A stretch of DNA of 64,000 bases from Nemertoderma westbladi (Eukaryota; Animalia; Xenacoelomorpha): assembly GCA_032718475.1 (NCBI GenBank), contig JAUCBJ010009154.1, forward strand, positions 1 through 64,000, given 5' to 3'. The notes below the pieces were generated by a model that was given only the letters and a program-made list of their open reading frames with translations, made no database searches and was not told the DNA's origin. The position numbers and the translations under genes are program-made. How positions within the stretch are numbered: the stretch's first letter is position 1; the number at the start of each line of letters is the position of its first letter. Shown piece after piece: positions 1 to 13,700 of the stretch.

Positions 1-100
1 GATATGGGATGTTGATAAGATGCTGAAATTTTATTTTAACGTGGGATGATCGGCGGTGGAGGAGTGTTGAAAGATAGAAGAACTTTTTGGACGGGAGTTC

Positions 101-514
101 TCTGATAATTTCTTATCTTGGTTTCTATGGATAGAGATTTTCAATCGTTTCAAATATTAAATCTCAATAATTTCACACGTTGCTTATATTTATTGAAAGC
201 GGAGAATCTTGCGCGTCTTTTGACACTAATTAATTAGATTCATGGTGATATAATGTTGTCTCCAGCAGAACAGTATTTTCAGCAGCAATACTGCATTCCA
301 AACTATTCGAGTATGGTCGAGACGGGAAGGCCTACAGATTATTAGATTTAAAAACTAAGATTAAACTTTTAATAACGCTCTGCCGTTAATATGTAATTTG
401 CAATGTATAGTGTACAGTATAATGTATATGTAATGTATAGTCATCAATACAGTATGTATTTGAATCGATCGAAAATCTCTATCCATAGAATCCAAGATAA
501 TAAATTATCAGAAC
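101..514. repeat. Inverted-repeat (foldback/MITE-like) segment, probably part of an element that starts before the window
   Basis: tctgataatttcttatcttggtttctatggatagagattttc...tcaaata (~101-157) is an imperfect reverse complement of tatttgaatcgatcgaaaatctctatccatagaatccaagataataaattatcaga (~457-512). Confidence 0.6.
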
Positions 515-825
515 ACTTCGTAATGACGTCAAATCTGTAACAGCTAATCACAGCCGATTTTCAAAATTGGCTTCCCGCGCTTACTTAAACCCGCCATTTC
601 GACCGTTTCCACGTCTTTTTAAAAAAACACATCCCGCCACTCGATTCAGAGCACCTTGTTACCCTTTATTTAATGGTTTCTAGCCCAACAATTTTTTCGC
701 GCACCAACCCTATTTTCAATTCAGAATTCAGTTAGTTAATACTGTAGGGGGTGTAGGCCTGTATTGACTATTAATTAAATAGAAGATAGATCCAGTTATT
801 AACAATAATATGTGTTGCGTTTTAG

Positions 826-1033
826 GATTCAGTTGGCGTCTCCTTGTAGCACAAATTTTTGCCATCACCATGGTTATCGTATGGACACTTATTTCGTCAT
901 ATATCTTATTAAAAGCGATCGATTTAACTTTGGGTTTGCGATTGTCACCAGAGGAGGAACTTCTTGGAGCTGATATTGTAGAGCACAATATTAATTCAGA
1001 CCCATTTAGTTTAACTAACATGGCGCCTTCTGG
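826..1033 (+). CDS. amt: Ammonium transporter (Amt family), exon encoding the last TM helix and cytosolic C-terminal motif
   Basis: Translation (G)FSWRLLVAQIFAITMVIVWTLISSYILLKAIDLTLGLRLSPEEELLGADIVEH matches the Amt TM11 plus GLR(V/L)sxEEExxGxDxxEH signature; tttag acceptor at 825 and gtgagt donor at 1034. Confidence 0.85.
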
Positions 1034-1305
1034 GTGAGTTATACTGCATCTGTAACAACTCGGATGCTTATCGACACTTTCTGTTAATGATGTTCAGTTA
1101 CCATGACGTACTCGTACTTAACAATTGATAGAATAAAACCATCTGATTTATCACCTAGGGCCTACTGTAGGCCTATACTGTACTCTATTTCTAAATTATG
1201 CTGTAAAAATTTGTTTTAAAATTACAATTTCAACTTGTTGTATTAAACGGGTTATTTAGGCACCCTAATCCAATTTTTACTAGTTGAAATTCTTACCCCA
1301 TCCAG

Positions 1306-1462
1306 GGAGAACGATGTTGACTTTGGACGCCTGGCAGACCTGTGTTCGCGCCGAAAGAGCTCTTTATTTGCGTTTGAACTGCCAGACGTCCAATTAAAGT
1401 CTCCAGAAACAGCGCAGATCGACTCCAAACCAATGGATGTCAACATGAAAAGGAAAAAGTAA
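1306..1462 (+). CDS. amt: Probable next (possibly terminal) exon of the Amt gene
   Basis: ccag acceptor at 1305 with upstream ccctaat branch-like site; phase-2 join to the previous exon gives an open frame ENDVDFGRLADLCSRRKSSLFAFELPDVQLKSPETAQIDSKPMDVNMKRKK*; a gtaagt donor overlaps the stop, so a further exon is possible. Confidence 0.55.
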
Positions 1463-1974
1463 GTGATGATTGGTGATTTACTGAAGAGTGCTCGTATATA
1501 GGCGGCCCACAGAATAACAAATGCAACTTGCAGCGTAGGCAACTTTTCATTAAACTGGTGAGTGTTAATGATGTTTTACAAAAGATGGGTCAATTATTTG
1601 GTAAACTGAAGTACAGAAGTAGACCTAGCCTATGAAATGTCAGGAATTTCATTGAAACAGCTACATTACAGTAGGAAGACGAATAACCATGGCGATACAA
1701 TCATTCGAATAGTAGTATCAGTATCCGAAGAAACCTGTAGGCTGTATATTATCTGTATCTGTATATCTGATGTAATCTGTATATTATTTCAAAACGAAAT
1801 TCTGATAATAATTTAATATATTTAGAAACATTTGTACTGTAAGTCGAACTTTTCCATGTTTCAAATGTCATACAATCTCATGTATGTAGGCCTACTGCAT
1901 CTGTAGAAAAATAATTATGGTGGGGATGATTATTACTAGGATCGGCATGCTGCATTTCAGCTGCATTTTTAAGA

Positions 1975-2690
1975 ATGCTGTGCCGGCTTGTCGACAAAAT
2001 TGCACCGCCACAACTCCCTATCACCCATGACATTTGCTAGATCATCCGCATCTTCAAGGCCAGTGTCCTTTATGATGCGTCTCAAGAAAGTCATGGGCTG
2101 TCCACCATGCTTAATTCACTCCATGAGGCTGCCAAAGCACAAGATTATGCACTGACTGGTCCTCAAGGCGAAAGCAATGTCCTGCAAAGCGGCGGCGACT
2201 TTGTTTTAATGTCAAGCTTGAGGGAACCAATGAGAAACCTCCAATGTTATATAGTTTCTGGTTGGAGATGTGTACATTGTACTTGACACAGTGAACGCGG
2301 CGTAGCGAATGTGCCATCCAGAGATTTGGTGTCTTCAGAAGTTAGAGCCCAGCATGGACTCCCATAGAGGAGTACTGGAACTACTGCTGCTCTAAATAAT
2401 CGGACCTTAAGTTTCCGATTAATTGTCTGTGACTTCCGAATCCTGGAAAGCCTATTCAAGGCTGCCCATGCCTTTCCCTTAATTCGAAGGTCCTCATCTG
2501 ACTTCCGGATCCATGGACCATGATCCCAGGTAACAGAAGTCGTCCACAGGCTCAAGCATACCATCCTTTGAGCTTATGCTTATGCGGTCAGAGAATTGCT
2601 GAGGACTTTTGGCAGGATTTCCTCGACTTCTGGAGTCAGTAGGTGGAGTTACCATCACCCCATCATCATTATGATGATCTAAGGACATCG
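1975..2690 (-). mobile_element. Decayed RTE-clade non-LTR retrotransposon fragment (post-RT C-terminal region)
   Basis: Frameshifted ORFs give FCYLGSW, KAWAALNRLSRI, RKLKVRLFRAAV..VLLYGS.CWALT and RRRFAGHCFR...VLWQP, which are typical of RTE-like ORFs. Confidence 0.85.
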
Positions 2691-2844
2691 TAGAAACACT
2701 CTAAGGACATGCGCGTGGGGGTGATGGACCTTAATTAAGGAACTGTTATATAACATAATATTATACCGCCCATGTGAAGAATACCAGGATTTCATTTTCG
2801 GTCGACTTTCTATTGGAATTTTATATATGAAGATTTTATATTTT

Positions 2845-3090
2845 TTTAATTTATCTTTATTAAGTGTTTTCTAGCTTATTTCTGTCTTATAACCTGTACA
2901 TAATATACTAATTCGTTTATTGTTTTGGTTAGATTCAACACTTCTGTAACCTGTGTTTTTGGTGATTACCTGGTATTCTTCACATGGGGGTAACTGCAAA
3001 GTGAAATATAACGGCAGAAAGTGTGGTATTCTTCACATGGGCCGAGCATTTTGTGTGGTTTTACTGGTCCGTTTAATAATATACATAAAT
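2845..3090. repeat. Dispersed repeat with a diverged second copy at ~57137-57335
   Basis: Shared blocks ttattaagtgtttt..., aattcgtttattgttttggtt, tgtaacctg and actgcaaa.tgaaatata..gcagaaa in both places. Confidence 0.6.
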
Positions 3091-4045
3091 ACAATAGGCC
3101 TACACGTATGCAAAATGCATAAGTGAAATATATTGTAACGTGCAACATATAAAATAGTAGCTACTGTTGAGTTTGTTTACACTTTATTTTATAGGACAAA
3201 GTCACATGTTGAGGGAAATGGTTTACAATCGTTACATTGTTCGTGTTGCTGCAGTTGCTTACACCAAATCAACAAACTGTGCGGGAAATGGCGAATAAAT
3301 AGCTACAGGGTGGGAGATAATGGTACAGAAAACCGAGATAAGATTGCAGAAAATATTGTTGGGAATATTAACAAGGGAATTTGCAAAGAAAATGAACCAT
3401 CGGGCACATTAACGTTACATAGCGAGAGCACGTGGTTATAAAGAGACAATTTTACTGAGAATCGGTAAATTATTTACTGAAGGTAGCACTTAGTATTGTA
3501 GGTAATGGATGGCAATGGAATAATGGCCCTTATTGATTTTCGGAATTTATTCGTGGTTTAACTGATTCGAGGAAAATAACAAACTCAACAAGATAAATTA
3601 TTAACCTTAAACAGGATTGCCACTATAATTCAATTTCAATTTTTCCTGACTTTTCCTTGACATTTCCCTGACATTTTTCAAAAAAATTACCGACTGCAGT
3701 ATATTTATATTTAATATATTGGCCGTTTTATCTTTATTTATTCGTATTATTTATTATATTACTAAAAAAAAGTAACATATATATAATTAGTGAGTCCTTC
3801 AATATAAAGATATCGGAAGCTATCACAACAGCAAAAATTAGATCTACTGACAAAATAAGCGAATAGAGTTCACCTAAATAGTCCCTTTCGCGTCTGATTC
3901 TAGATTTAATGTTAACCCCCAGGACCGGAATAAATTTGAGCAAAACCAATTTTTTTTTGTTAAATAATAATATCGTAATAAGTAGAACTACTTACTTTAA
4001 ATTTTCATCTCTAGGGGTTTTCCTTTTCATTTTCCATTTCATTTC

Positions 4046-4606
4046 TGTGAGCGGATTCAATTCCGCCTCACCAAACCCCCATAAAGTGGGAAAGAGCGCC
4101 TCTCAGCAATATTGGGAGCACGAGGTTGATTACCAATCAACCTCGTGTCACCCCAATAAGCGGGGACAATAGGCCCCAAGGGAACACACACAGCAAGGGT
4201 CAGGGGTTACACCCCTGAGAGAGAGAGAGCAACAGGGGCAAAGGGAAACCCTCCAGGGGAAGCAGAAGGGCGACAACAGGGTTATTAGCCAATAGGGGGG
4301 AAGCATCGACTGGGTAGAGCAATATGGCCAACTGTGCAATATATATTACCAGTCTTTGTGTCATTTGTCCAGTTATCCCAGTACAGTCAGGCAGTACGGT
4401 GACAGTTAAGACCGTCACCGCCGTCACCAATCACAACTACATTATCATTACCGGTATACTGTGCTGTCATTACTCTGTCTATCTTATATACATATATCTT
4501 ATCAATAATACTGGAAGAACGACAAACTCGTTTCTTTCATTCACACGGCGGGGACGCGTACACAAACAACACCGGATAAACCGGGATCCTCTCGGATCCC
4601 GTCACA
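4046..4606. mobile_element. Solo LTR, copy 1
   Basis: TGTGA...TCACA termini, perfect 5-bp TSD ATTTC (4041-45 / 4607-11), internal CCAAT and TATA-like motifs, homologous to 44733-45302. Confidence 0.85.
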
Positions 4607-4619
4607 ATTTCTGAAGTCA

Positions 4620-6702
4620 GTTTTTACGACTGTCCAAGTCTAGGATGTCTGTCTCTGTATGTTTGTCTGTCAGTCAAAGAATAGGAAGGATATTATGTAA
4701 TAAAAACATTCGCCTTTGGGGGTTTTCCAGGTCTCTGATTTCGGAGTCCGGACAATTGCGACCAATGTTTTTAAATAAAAATTATGGGTCGCAATTGTCC
4801 GGGTCGCAATTGTCAGGGTCGCAATCGCAATTGTCCGGGTCGCAATTGTCAATAATATACAATGATATAATAATATTTAGGGATGTCCCGGAATTCCGTT
4901 CCGGCCGGAATTCCGGCGGTTTTTGCCCGATTCCGGTTCCGGCCGGAATTGCCGGAATGGGGTCAATTCCGGCCGGAATTTTACCGGAATTTCCAGATTA
5001 CTAACTAGTTTGATAGTTGCACATTTTGCACGTTGCACGCAGTGCTTTGCAGTTGCACGTTGATATGTAACATATTTCCAAAAATCAAATTAAAATGGTC
5101 CCACCATATGTTACACCACCTACTGTAGTATTCATAAACAATTCACAATAACCATCGTAATTTACATTAACTAATGAAATGCATCAATAGGCCCGTGTCC
5201 CACTGGTCAGAATGTCAAAATGAATGCCTCCTTGCTCCATTGGTAACACGAGTCATAATCATTTGATAAAAAATATAAGATGCATCCCACATTTAATGCA
5301 TATACCCAAAGTAACCAATCACAGGCATCTTGCCGGATATAACACATGAGTCATGTGGTTAAAGATGGAACATGGGACATAATCACTTTCGACCCATAGG
5401 TCGTAACTTACGATTTACCAGTGGAGACGCCCCCATTGAAACCAATGTGTTCCATAATTTATTCTGACTAAGACTACATAAGACTTACCAGTGGAGCCTT
5501 ACAGCCTTAAATAGCCTTACTGGCCTTAAATATTGGTTTTCCCAACTTGCTTATTACAATTTGCTTATAAAATGGCGTTTTTAGATTGATCTTACAATAT
5601 TTTATATTGATTTTATATTATTTTACTTTGAATTAATTATTAAATAATATGATAATATTATGATTGGTATTGTCCAACGTAACATATATAGGATGACCCC
5701 TAAAAATTTGCAGCTTATTTCCATGGGGGTCCTTTATGTTACTTGGTTACAAATACAATATTACACAATTACAAATACTACTATAACCTAAAACTAATAT
5801 AAAACGTTATTACAATACGTACAGGTCCTGTGAGTGGTCGTTAGTTCAGTCCTGCGTCGTAGGTGTATAATATCTATTTACAGCAAACGTATTTTTTTAG
5901 GAGTCTAAATGCTAATAACCTAACTTTTGGCCTAAGTTATAGATTTTAGTAAAAAATTATATTGAATTCCCTGTCGTTCAATGCCGAAGTACCGTCCCGT
6001 CCCCATAACGGCCCAGGCCATTCTACACTCCACCCCCTTTAATTCCCCCCAAGGTTCTGATTCCTCTCATTAGCAAACTTAGCTTTAGAAATTAAAAAAA
6101 ATCATTTGTTTCACAAAAAATTGTAAAGTTTCATGGGTCATTTAACTAGTGTATTTCACTAATTATAGAAAATTCCGGTTCCGGCCGGAATTCCGGCCGG
6201 AATATTCCGGCATGTTGAATTCCGGTTCCGGCCGGAATCAAAATATCGATTCCGGCCGGAATCAAAGTATCGATTCCGGGACATCCCTAATAATATTTAT
6301 CAATGATGTACATTACATCTTTTTATCTGGATCCGGACAATTGCGACCCGGACAATTGCGACCCGGACAATTGCGACCCGGACAATTACGACCCATGTTT
6401 TTAAATAAAAATTATGGGTCGCAATTGTCCGGATCGCAATTGTCCTAACATCATTTCTAATGTCAGTTTTTACGACTGACCAACTCTAGGCTGTCTGTAT
6501 CTGTTTGTCTGTCTGTCAAAAAATAAGGAAGCAGTCTGACCAGCAGTCGCAATTGACCGGGTCGCAATTGTCCGGACTCCGAAATCAGAGACCTGGAAAA
6601 CCCCCATGGCGAATGTTTTTATTATATAATATGCTTCCTTATTTTTTGACAGACAGACATACATACAGACACAGACAGCCTGAAATTGGTCAGTCGTAAA
6701 AA
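4620..6702. mobile_element. MITE-like element with ~140-bp terminal inverted repeats; host of a nested hAT MITE
   Basis: tttacgactg...gatttcggagtccggacaattgcgacc (4622-4762) is inverted at ~6560-6700; internal 15-bp ggacaattgcgaccc repeats; partial extra end copies at ~6467-6530 and ~6717-6805. Confidence 0.75.
4878..6289. mobile_element. Non-autonomous hAT-type element
   Basis: TIR TAGGGATGTCCCGGAAT / ATTCCGGGACATCCCTA, perfect 8-bp TSD ATAATATT (4870-77 / 6290-97), subterminal TTCCGGCCGGAA palindromes at both ends. Confidence 0.9.
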
Positions 6703-7436
6703 ATAAGATCAGAAATGAAATCAGAGACCTGGAAAACCCACACGGCGAATGTTTTTATTACATAATATGCTTCCTTATTTTTTGACAGACAGACTGACAG
6801 ACAAACATGTCTGTACCACCACTGAGTAGAGAAGTAGAGGAGAAATTCCACCAGGTTAGCCTCGCTTAATTGGTACCAGGCAGGGGCTGTATCCAACTTC
6901 AGATTGTATTAAATTTCGTGCTAAGAGCTCTGAGGGCTAGGGAATCATCCCAACCACAACCTAACCATACCATGTGTCCACTCAGTAGTTACACACACAT
7001 CCCCCATATGTGGTGTAGAGCTCTACTACGCACCCTATATATGGGGGTTAGGCATGAAAGGGTGAAGGGACATGGTCTATTTATGTGTACTCTATTCGCT
7101 TATTTTGTCTGACAACCATTTTAGCAAGTTGGAGCTCACCCCCCCCCCCCCCCCCCCACCCCCTCCCTCCACTATTTGGTTCAAATTTCAATCATAAAAC
7201 TACGAAATGTGGTACTATGATAGTTCGATAACTTTTCGTATTGCTGGCAGAGCCGGATTTTTCGATTTATGAGCTATTTCGATGCAACAGGACGTTAAAA
7301 ATCTTATATTTCGCAATATTTATCCACCTCCGTTGGCTATATTTTTCGTCTTAGGAATGTAACCTAAATATCATGAGAACCGCTTTCAACTGCAGATAAA
7401 CTGTTTTAAATTTCAAGAAAAATTTCCCGAGATATA

Positions 7437-7654
7437 AAAATACTAAGGTGTAAATTTTGAGACGTAAATCGCTATGTTTTTTTCAGTTTCTAATGTTTTG
7501 TTGTCTTTATTCTAGAATATCAATTATTATTTAGTTGAACTTTTAAAACTCTCTATATTGTTTCTTCATTTCGCTTAATTAATATTCTAGAATTGAGTAA
7601 ATAAAACATTAGAATTATAGCGATTTATATCACAAAATTTACACCTTAGTATTT
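7437..7654. repeat. Imperfect inverted repeat (foldback)
   Basis: aaaatactaaggtgtaaattttgaga.gtaaatcgctat versus atagcgatttatatcacaaaatttacaccttagtatttt. Confidence 0.65.
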
Positions 7655-8778
7655 TGATAATATTATATTTGACAAGAAGATGGTATTGTCCCCAAGTTGA
7701 TGAACTGAACGCCATGAAAAATAATGCCTAGACAATGGTCAACAAATCATTTGTGTGGAATATGCGAGACATTGTACCCTATCGGATGCGGTGGATAAGG
7801 TGGACCTGACATAGAAACATTAATTAATTATATAATTAATTTTTCAGTAAATAGAATCACAAAGTATATAATATTTGTTTACCATATACAATACATATAC
7901 GTACATGAAAAGATAACAGAATCCAAGTATATATAAAATATAAAACAAAACCTATTATAGATAATCTTATATCTACTGTATCTGTATAATGTATGTCTAT
8001 AGTTTATATATACATACATATATACAGATACACACACAAACAAGATCATATCTCAGTAGCAGAAATATATATACACAAACACAATACACAAAGTAAATAA
8101 ATAAATAGTATACCGGCGGCGGTCAGCTACTATTTATATTAAATGTGGCCAAAGGACCAGAACCATTTATCCACATTAAGACTCACTAAATTTCGAATAA
8201 AATAGAACATCCCATCCCATTTACTTTGTATCGGTGGTCCTAACTTACTACAGTAGGTCCTACATTTATGAACATCTGGAATATATTTTGTATTATTGAA
8301 TGAGACCCCCCCCCCCCCCCCCCCCCCATTGATACATTAGGGCCGAGGAAAGGAAGGCGTTCGAAGGTTGCTTATCTATACATCTCAGATAGGTTATTTA
8401 GTCACAAAATAAAGTAGAACGTTATAAATAATTAATATTATAATATTACCGGTATATATTTCGGTGTTTTGCGGATTTGGAATCCACGAACGGTCAGGTT
8501 TCCGTCAGTCAGTTAGTACCAACGAATCGTAATGAATTACTGCAGTATAACTGGTACAATATTGAACTTTTTAAAGCTTTAAATTAAAATTGAAAATAAA
8601 AATTTTATATTCTGGCTCACCCAGTAAGGTGGGGGGGGGGGGGGGTACATTATATTAGACATTATAATCCAGGACCCAGGACAAGGTTTACGCTGCCGCT
8701 ACACTGCAACCTATATGATAATATTACTTGTTTAACAATCTGTTTCGATGGCAACGTTACCCCAATAGGTGCCGACAT

Positions 8779-9339
8779 TCACGCATACATCATTTCTGCC
8801 ATTGTACTCATTTTCTTCGGTATAACCAACATATTGTCGAAATAGGCTGACAGTTCGTCCACAGAGGTGTCCAGATTGTTAGCCCTGACGAGACGGTCGC
8901 AGGCCATAGCTTCGTTGTGGCAGCTGAGTAGCGGTCGGAGAGGCTGCTGTACGGTACCGGTACAGTCTGTAAGCGAGTCTGGGCTGCAGCCAAACTGGGG
9001 CTTTATAAGATAATTATTCGGAACCTGAGATACACGGGAAACTAAATTATCATTATTATAACAGTCACAATTAGAAGGAGATTCTGTAGCCGAAATAATT
9101 TCAGAGTTATTTAATGTTCCAGAAGAGGCTGATAGGTTATTTATTTCGTTAGTTCGCAGTAAATTAGGCGATTGTAACGGGATTTGAGTTACCGGTACTG
9201 AAGTCCCGCCGAAGCGCTCTGCTATTTGCTCATTCGTGTTCGTTGCTAGGTTACAATATTCTTCAAATTTCATTTGTTCAACTCGAGAAATTAGGGTTAA
9301 CTCGTCCTGCTGCCAGCTGTCAGGGACAGTTCTATTCAT
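8779..9339 (-). CDS. OSER1: Oxidative stress-responsive serine-rich protein 1 homologue (~186 aa, single coding exon)
   Basis: C-terminus VDELSAYFDNMLVIPKKMSTMAEMMYA* matches the diagnostic OSER1/C20orf111 end (..[24 protein letters not shown]); first in-frame ATG at 9339 with an upstream in-frame stop at 9391-93. Confidence 0.9.
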   Translation of the reverse strand: MNRTVPDSWQQDELTLISRVEQMKFEEYCNLATNTNEQIAERFGGTSVPVTQIPLQSPNLLRTNEINNLSASSGTLNNSEIISATESPSNCDCYNNDNLVSRVSQVPNNYLIKPQFGCSPDSLTDCTGTVQQPLRPLLSCHNEAMACDRLVRANNLDTSVDELSAYFDNMLVIPKKMSTMAEMMYA

Positions 9340-10766
9340 CTTGCAGTCTTGGTCTGCTTGCAGCTTGGTGGTTATCAACAGGCCGACTTGTCAAATCCAC
9401 ATACAGACATAGGCTTAATACTGTGATATATAGGCCTATCAAGTTGTAGAGATTTGGTTGCTGTTTTTCATTATTATTCCAGTTTTCATATTAATATTTT
9501 AATCCAGCATCGGTACATGGTACAGCAGAAATTAAGAGCCTAGGGCCTAGGCCTAAGGCTACCTACCTAACCTAACCTACAGCAGTACAGACAGAGACCT
9601 ACCTACTTACTGGCAGACAGGCTTGGCTACTGCTGTACTGCCAGACTGCTATAGCTGTATAGCTCGTAGCTGTAGGCCTATAGGCCTAGTAGTATAGTAC
9701 AGTCTGACAGTTTGACAGTAGAGGGGTACTGACTGACTGAGATCTACCGGTAATTGCAATTGCACTATACAGCTATAAGCCCTATTACAGTTCACAGTTG
9801 TAATACTGCACTGCTGGAGGCCTCCTTACTGCCTTATTACCGGTACAATACAGTAGGCAGGTAGGCCTACCCTACAGTACACAGTACCGTACTACAGTAG
9901 CCTAAGGTACGTATACCAGTACAGCAGTATACCGAGTTACAGCAGTACAGTCTGACAGTCCAGGAGTCAGGTAGTGGTCAGGTGGTACAGTGTGCAGTGG
10001 TAGTCTGCCAGAGAGAGGAGAGAGTGTTAACCAGCCAGAGAAAATCCCATTTCTTAAAATTTATTAAATTCCTAATTTCTTAAAAATGTCAGAATCCAGC
10101 CAGGATCTGGCATAGGCCAATGGCTTGGCTATACTGACGGACATAGTCAGATCAGAAGATAGTGATATTTTATTACCGGCCAGGCGGTCCCGGTACGGTA
10201 CCTGACCGTGCGACTTACAGACTTATATTTAACTACCGGTATGCTGGTATGATAAATAAATAAATAAAAGTCTGCCGGCAGGCCGGTAGTTCTGTAGTTT
10301 TGCTATACAGCTGATACCCGGTCCGGTACAGGCTGACAGGGGACAGGCAGTAGGCAAGCAGACCGGTAATATTTTACCTAAATCAAACTGTCAAATAGGC
10401 CTAAACAATTTCAATCCAGCAATCTTAACACCAGACTGCCAGACAGCCTGGTACAGAGGTAGGCTGGTAGGCTAACAGACAGTACTGGTACTGTGCTATA
10501 TTGTAGTATGAAACCGGTAGTGTAGTGCAGTAGTGGTACGTACAACCATGGTCTAGTACAACAAAGCAGTACTAACTGGCAGACTGGATAAGGTTAATTT
10601 TTGCTGACAATTTTGCTGCGTCATCATTCTGTCAGTGGTGATTTTATTGTTCACTACGTTATTGTTTATTCAATATTATTATTGTTATTTAATTATGCAT
10701 AAAAACACTGTAGGCCTAGGCCTATATAAAATTAAATTAAAATCTCAAACCGAAAAGTTAACACCT

Positions 10767-13700
10767 CCCAGCAAAGTCATAGCATGATAAGTCGCTGATA
10801 AATTGCTACTAATTTCGCCGGCTAATACCCTGCTAATTTCGCCGGATAAAAGCCGGCTTTTTGGTTCCAATGTTCTTAAAGGTTTCGAAGGGTGGATTTC
10901 GAAGAGAAATATCCATCGTTTAGTAGACTATTAGCCTTCGATTAGTAGTTTTCCAAATATATTCGAAGGATAATTCGAAGACAAAAATGCTTCGTTTAGT
11001 AGACTATTAGCCTTCAATTAGAAGTTTACGAAGCATTTTCGAAGGATAATTTCATACATTATTAGAAGCATTTTCGAAGCATAAAAAATACTATTTTTCG
11101 AAGAAAAAAAATGTAACTGAAACAATCACAGGACCTGCCTGTTGATGCTTTGGTGAAGAGGGAGGGGGTATTAGCCTATACCTACTGTAGTAGCCTACCG
11201 TATCCTACCCTACACCCTACTTCCCTATCCTACAATACGTTATACACTTATTAATGGAAGCGGCTGAGTATATAGAGAAATATATAATCAATATATATTT
11301 GAGGGTATCTATGGAAACTTTAGGTGATAATCGAAAAATTTGAATTTGTTAGTTGAAATTTAAATAATTTCCCATATTGTCAGCCATATTAGATTATTCG
11401 TGTTGATGGATCTATGAAAATTAATTAAATTTAGATGCATTTAATTAATAATTATGCTTCTCTGATGACGAAAATATGCATTATTTGCCTGATAATTTAT
11501 CTTCGTTTTCGAAGACAATTATCAGCCATATATAAAGAATTGATAATATTTTACATAGTAATGGACCAAGCGGCTCGGCTGGTAAGGAAATGACCATATG
11601 CTGCGAATGCTCATCAGATTTACAAATCTGAAATTCCGGTTTCAAATTTCAGTTCCCAGTTACAGTACGAATTTAAATTCCCAGATACGAATTGTTCACA
11701 GTAGTAATAAGTCTTTCTTCTGGAAAGTGAATCTGAACCCTCGGTTACGTCCTAGGGCGGGCGTTCATAAAGTATGTCACGCAAATTTTCCCGATTTTTG
11801 ACCACCCCCCCCCCCCCCCACCCCCTCTGTTTCAAAATGTCACGCAAGCAAGGTCGAGCCCCACCTGTCGCCCCTCTGTCTCATTGGTAAATTTGTAATA
11901 CCCCCAAACAATACCCCGTCCCCCAAACAAGAAATATTTTATATCAATAATACACAATGTTTGTTATACCAAAATACAATATAAATTCAAGCACTATCTA
12001 CATTTCCCTTCCCCACTGACAAGTGAAGTGGCCATCTAAAGGTTTCTATATCCTCCTCAATTTATCGATTATACTCAATATTATTGAGTGTATTGTTGTC
12101 CTTAAAGTTACCCACTCATCTACACATATGTTTTAAGTCAAAGTCAAGCTAACATTAAAGCCTAGAACATCGCCGTAACCGTCACAAAAGTCGACACCCC
12201 CCCCCCCCCCCCTGTCACAAAATGTCACGCAAGCTCGACCCCCCCCCCCCTAGTGCGTGACATACTTTATCGAACACCCCCTAGTTACGTTTTTACATCA
12301 TGTTCTAGAACATGGTTTATTTATTAAATATAAAAATAGCCTTGCGCCGTGAAAAAACATTCAACATTCGAAAGCCCATATCTCAGCAACTGTATTTTCT
12401 AAATTTAAATTTTTTACATATTTGGAATCCTTGCATGGTCTGCTTTCCATCAGAACCAACAAATTAATATAAGGTTGAATAACTGAGATGGGACTGGTGA
12501 TGATATCGCCGCCGGTGAAACTTTTTTCAAACGCTTGTTGCTAAAGAATAAAAAGCAAAAATACAAATTCTGTCTCAGTTACTACGGATGAGGGAGGTGA
12601 AACTACTGTAACTCTGTTTCATATCATGCTATTCATTTAAATTTGTATAAAAGTTAGGGAAGGGGGGGGGGGGGGGGGGGGGGTGGCGGGTATCATGTTT
12701 TTGAATTACGACACTAAATTACAACATTAAATTTAAAAGCATTCAATAATTATTTAATTCATTTTCTTAATCAAAGAGACCTTGGTGTAGTGGTTGCATT
12801 GAATTCACATCTCTTGGAGGTCGTGGGTTCAGTGTTCAGTCTGAGATCTGACAGTGTGCTGCAGTATATGTATTCCAACGAAAAAATACGGTACGGGTCA
12901 GCAGGTACGGAACTTCCAACTGCGCTGCGATATGTTGTACTGTTAGTTACATGTGTACATGTGCTGATGTGCGACGTGCTGATTGTACAGGCTGACCGGG
13001 GTGCATGATAGCAAGAAAATATCTGAATATTAAAATGTTAAATACTGTATTAAAACTTGTATATTAAAAAAAAGATTAAAAATAATTATTAATTAAGAAT
13101 AAATTTTATACAGTATAGAGCAGTAGAGTAAATAGTTTCTGTATCATTATACTGTAGTATAAAAGGTATATTTTTTAAAACTTTCAGTTTAGGATATAGT
13201 ACACGTATTAATACTGAAAAAATATGTGCTTTGTTTGTCCCCAGGATTTCCCTGACTGCCTGAAAGACATACTGTAGTCAGATACTGTAGTCTCGTTTTT
13301 ACAGGTGTCTGGCATTCTGACAGTAACATACTGTAGGGCAGTATGGACATCGGCTTTACCTCTAGCTCTGCCATACACTCAGACCTGAAGACTCTGGATA
13401 CATGGATTTCCGCACCTTTAAGGACAGACACAGCATCACACAGTAATTAATGGATTTATTTCATAAAACAATATGAATGGTACTGGACATAATATAGATC
13501 AATTTTCTTTGCTTCAGATTATATATTATTATATAATCGACAATTCTAAAGAACTGATTTCTTTGTACTAATTTACTGCTAAATATGGTCCCCAGATAAA
13601 AAAATATTCGGATTATTAGTAGGCATAACTACAGTATATAATTATTATTTTACTCTCAGAATTTGCCGGATAAAACATAACATACAGTAACTATGCATAA

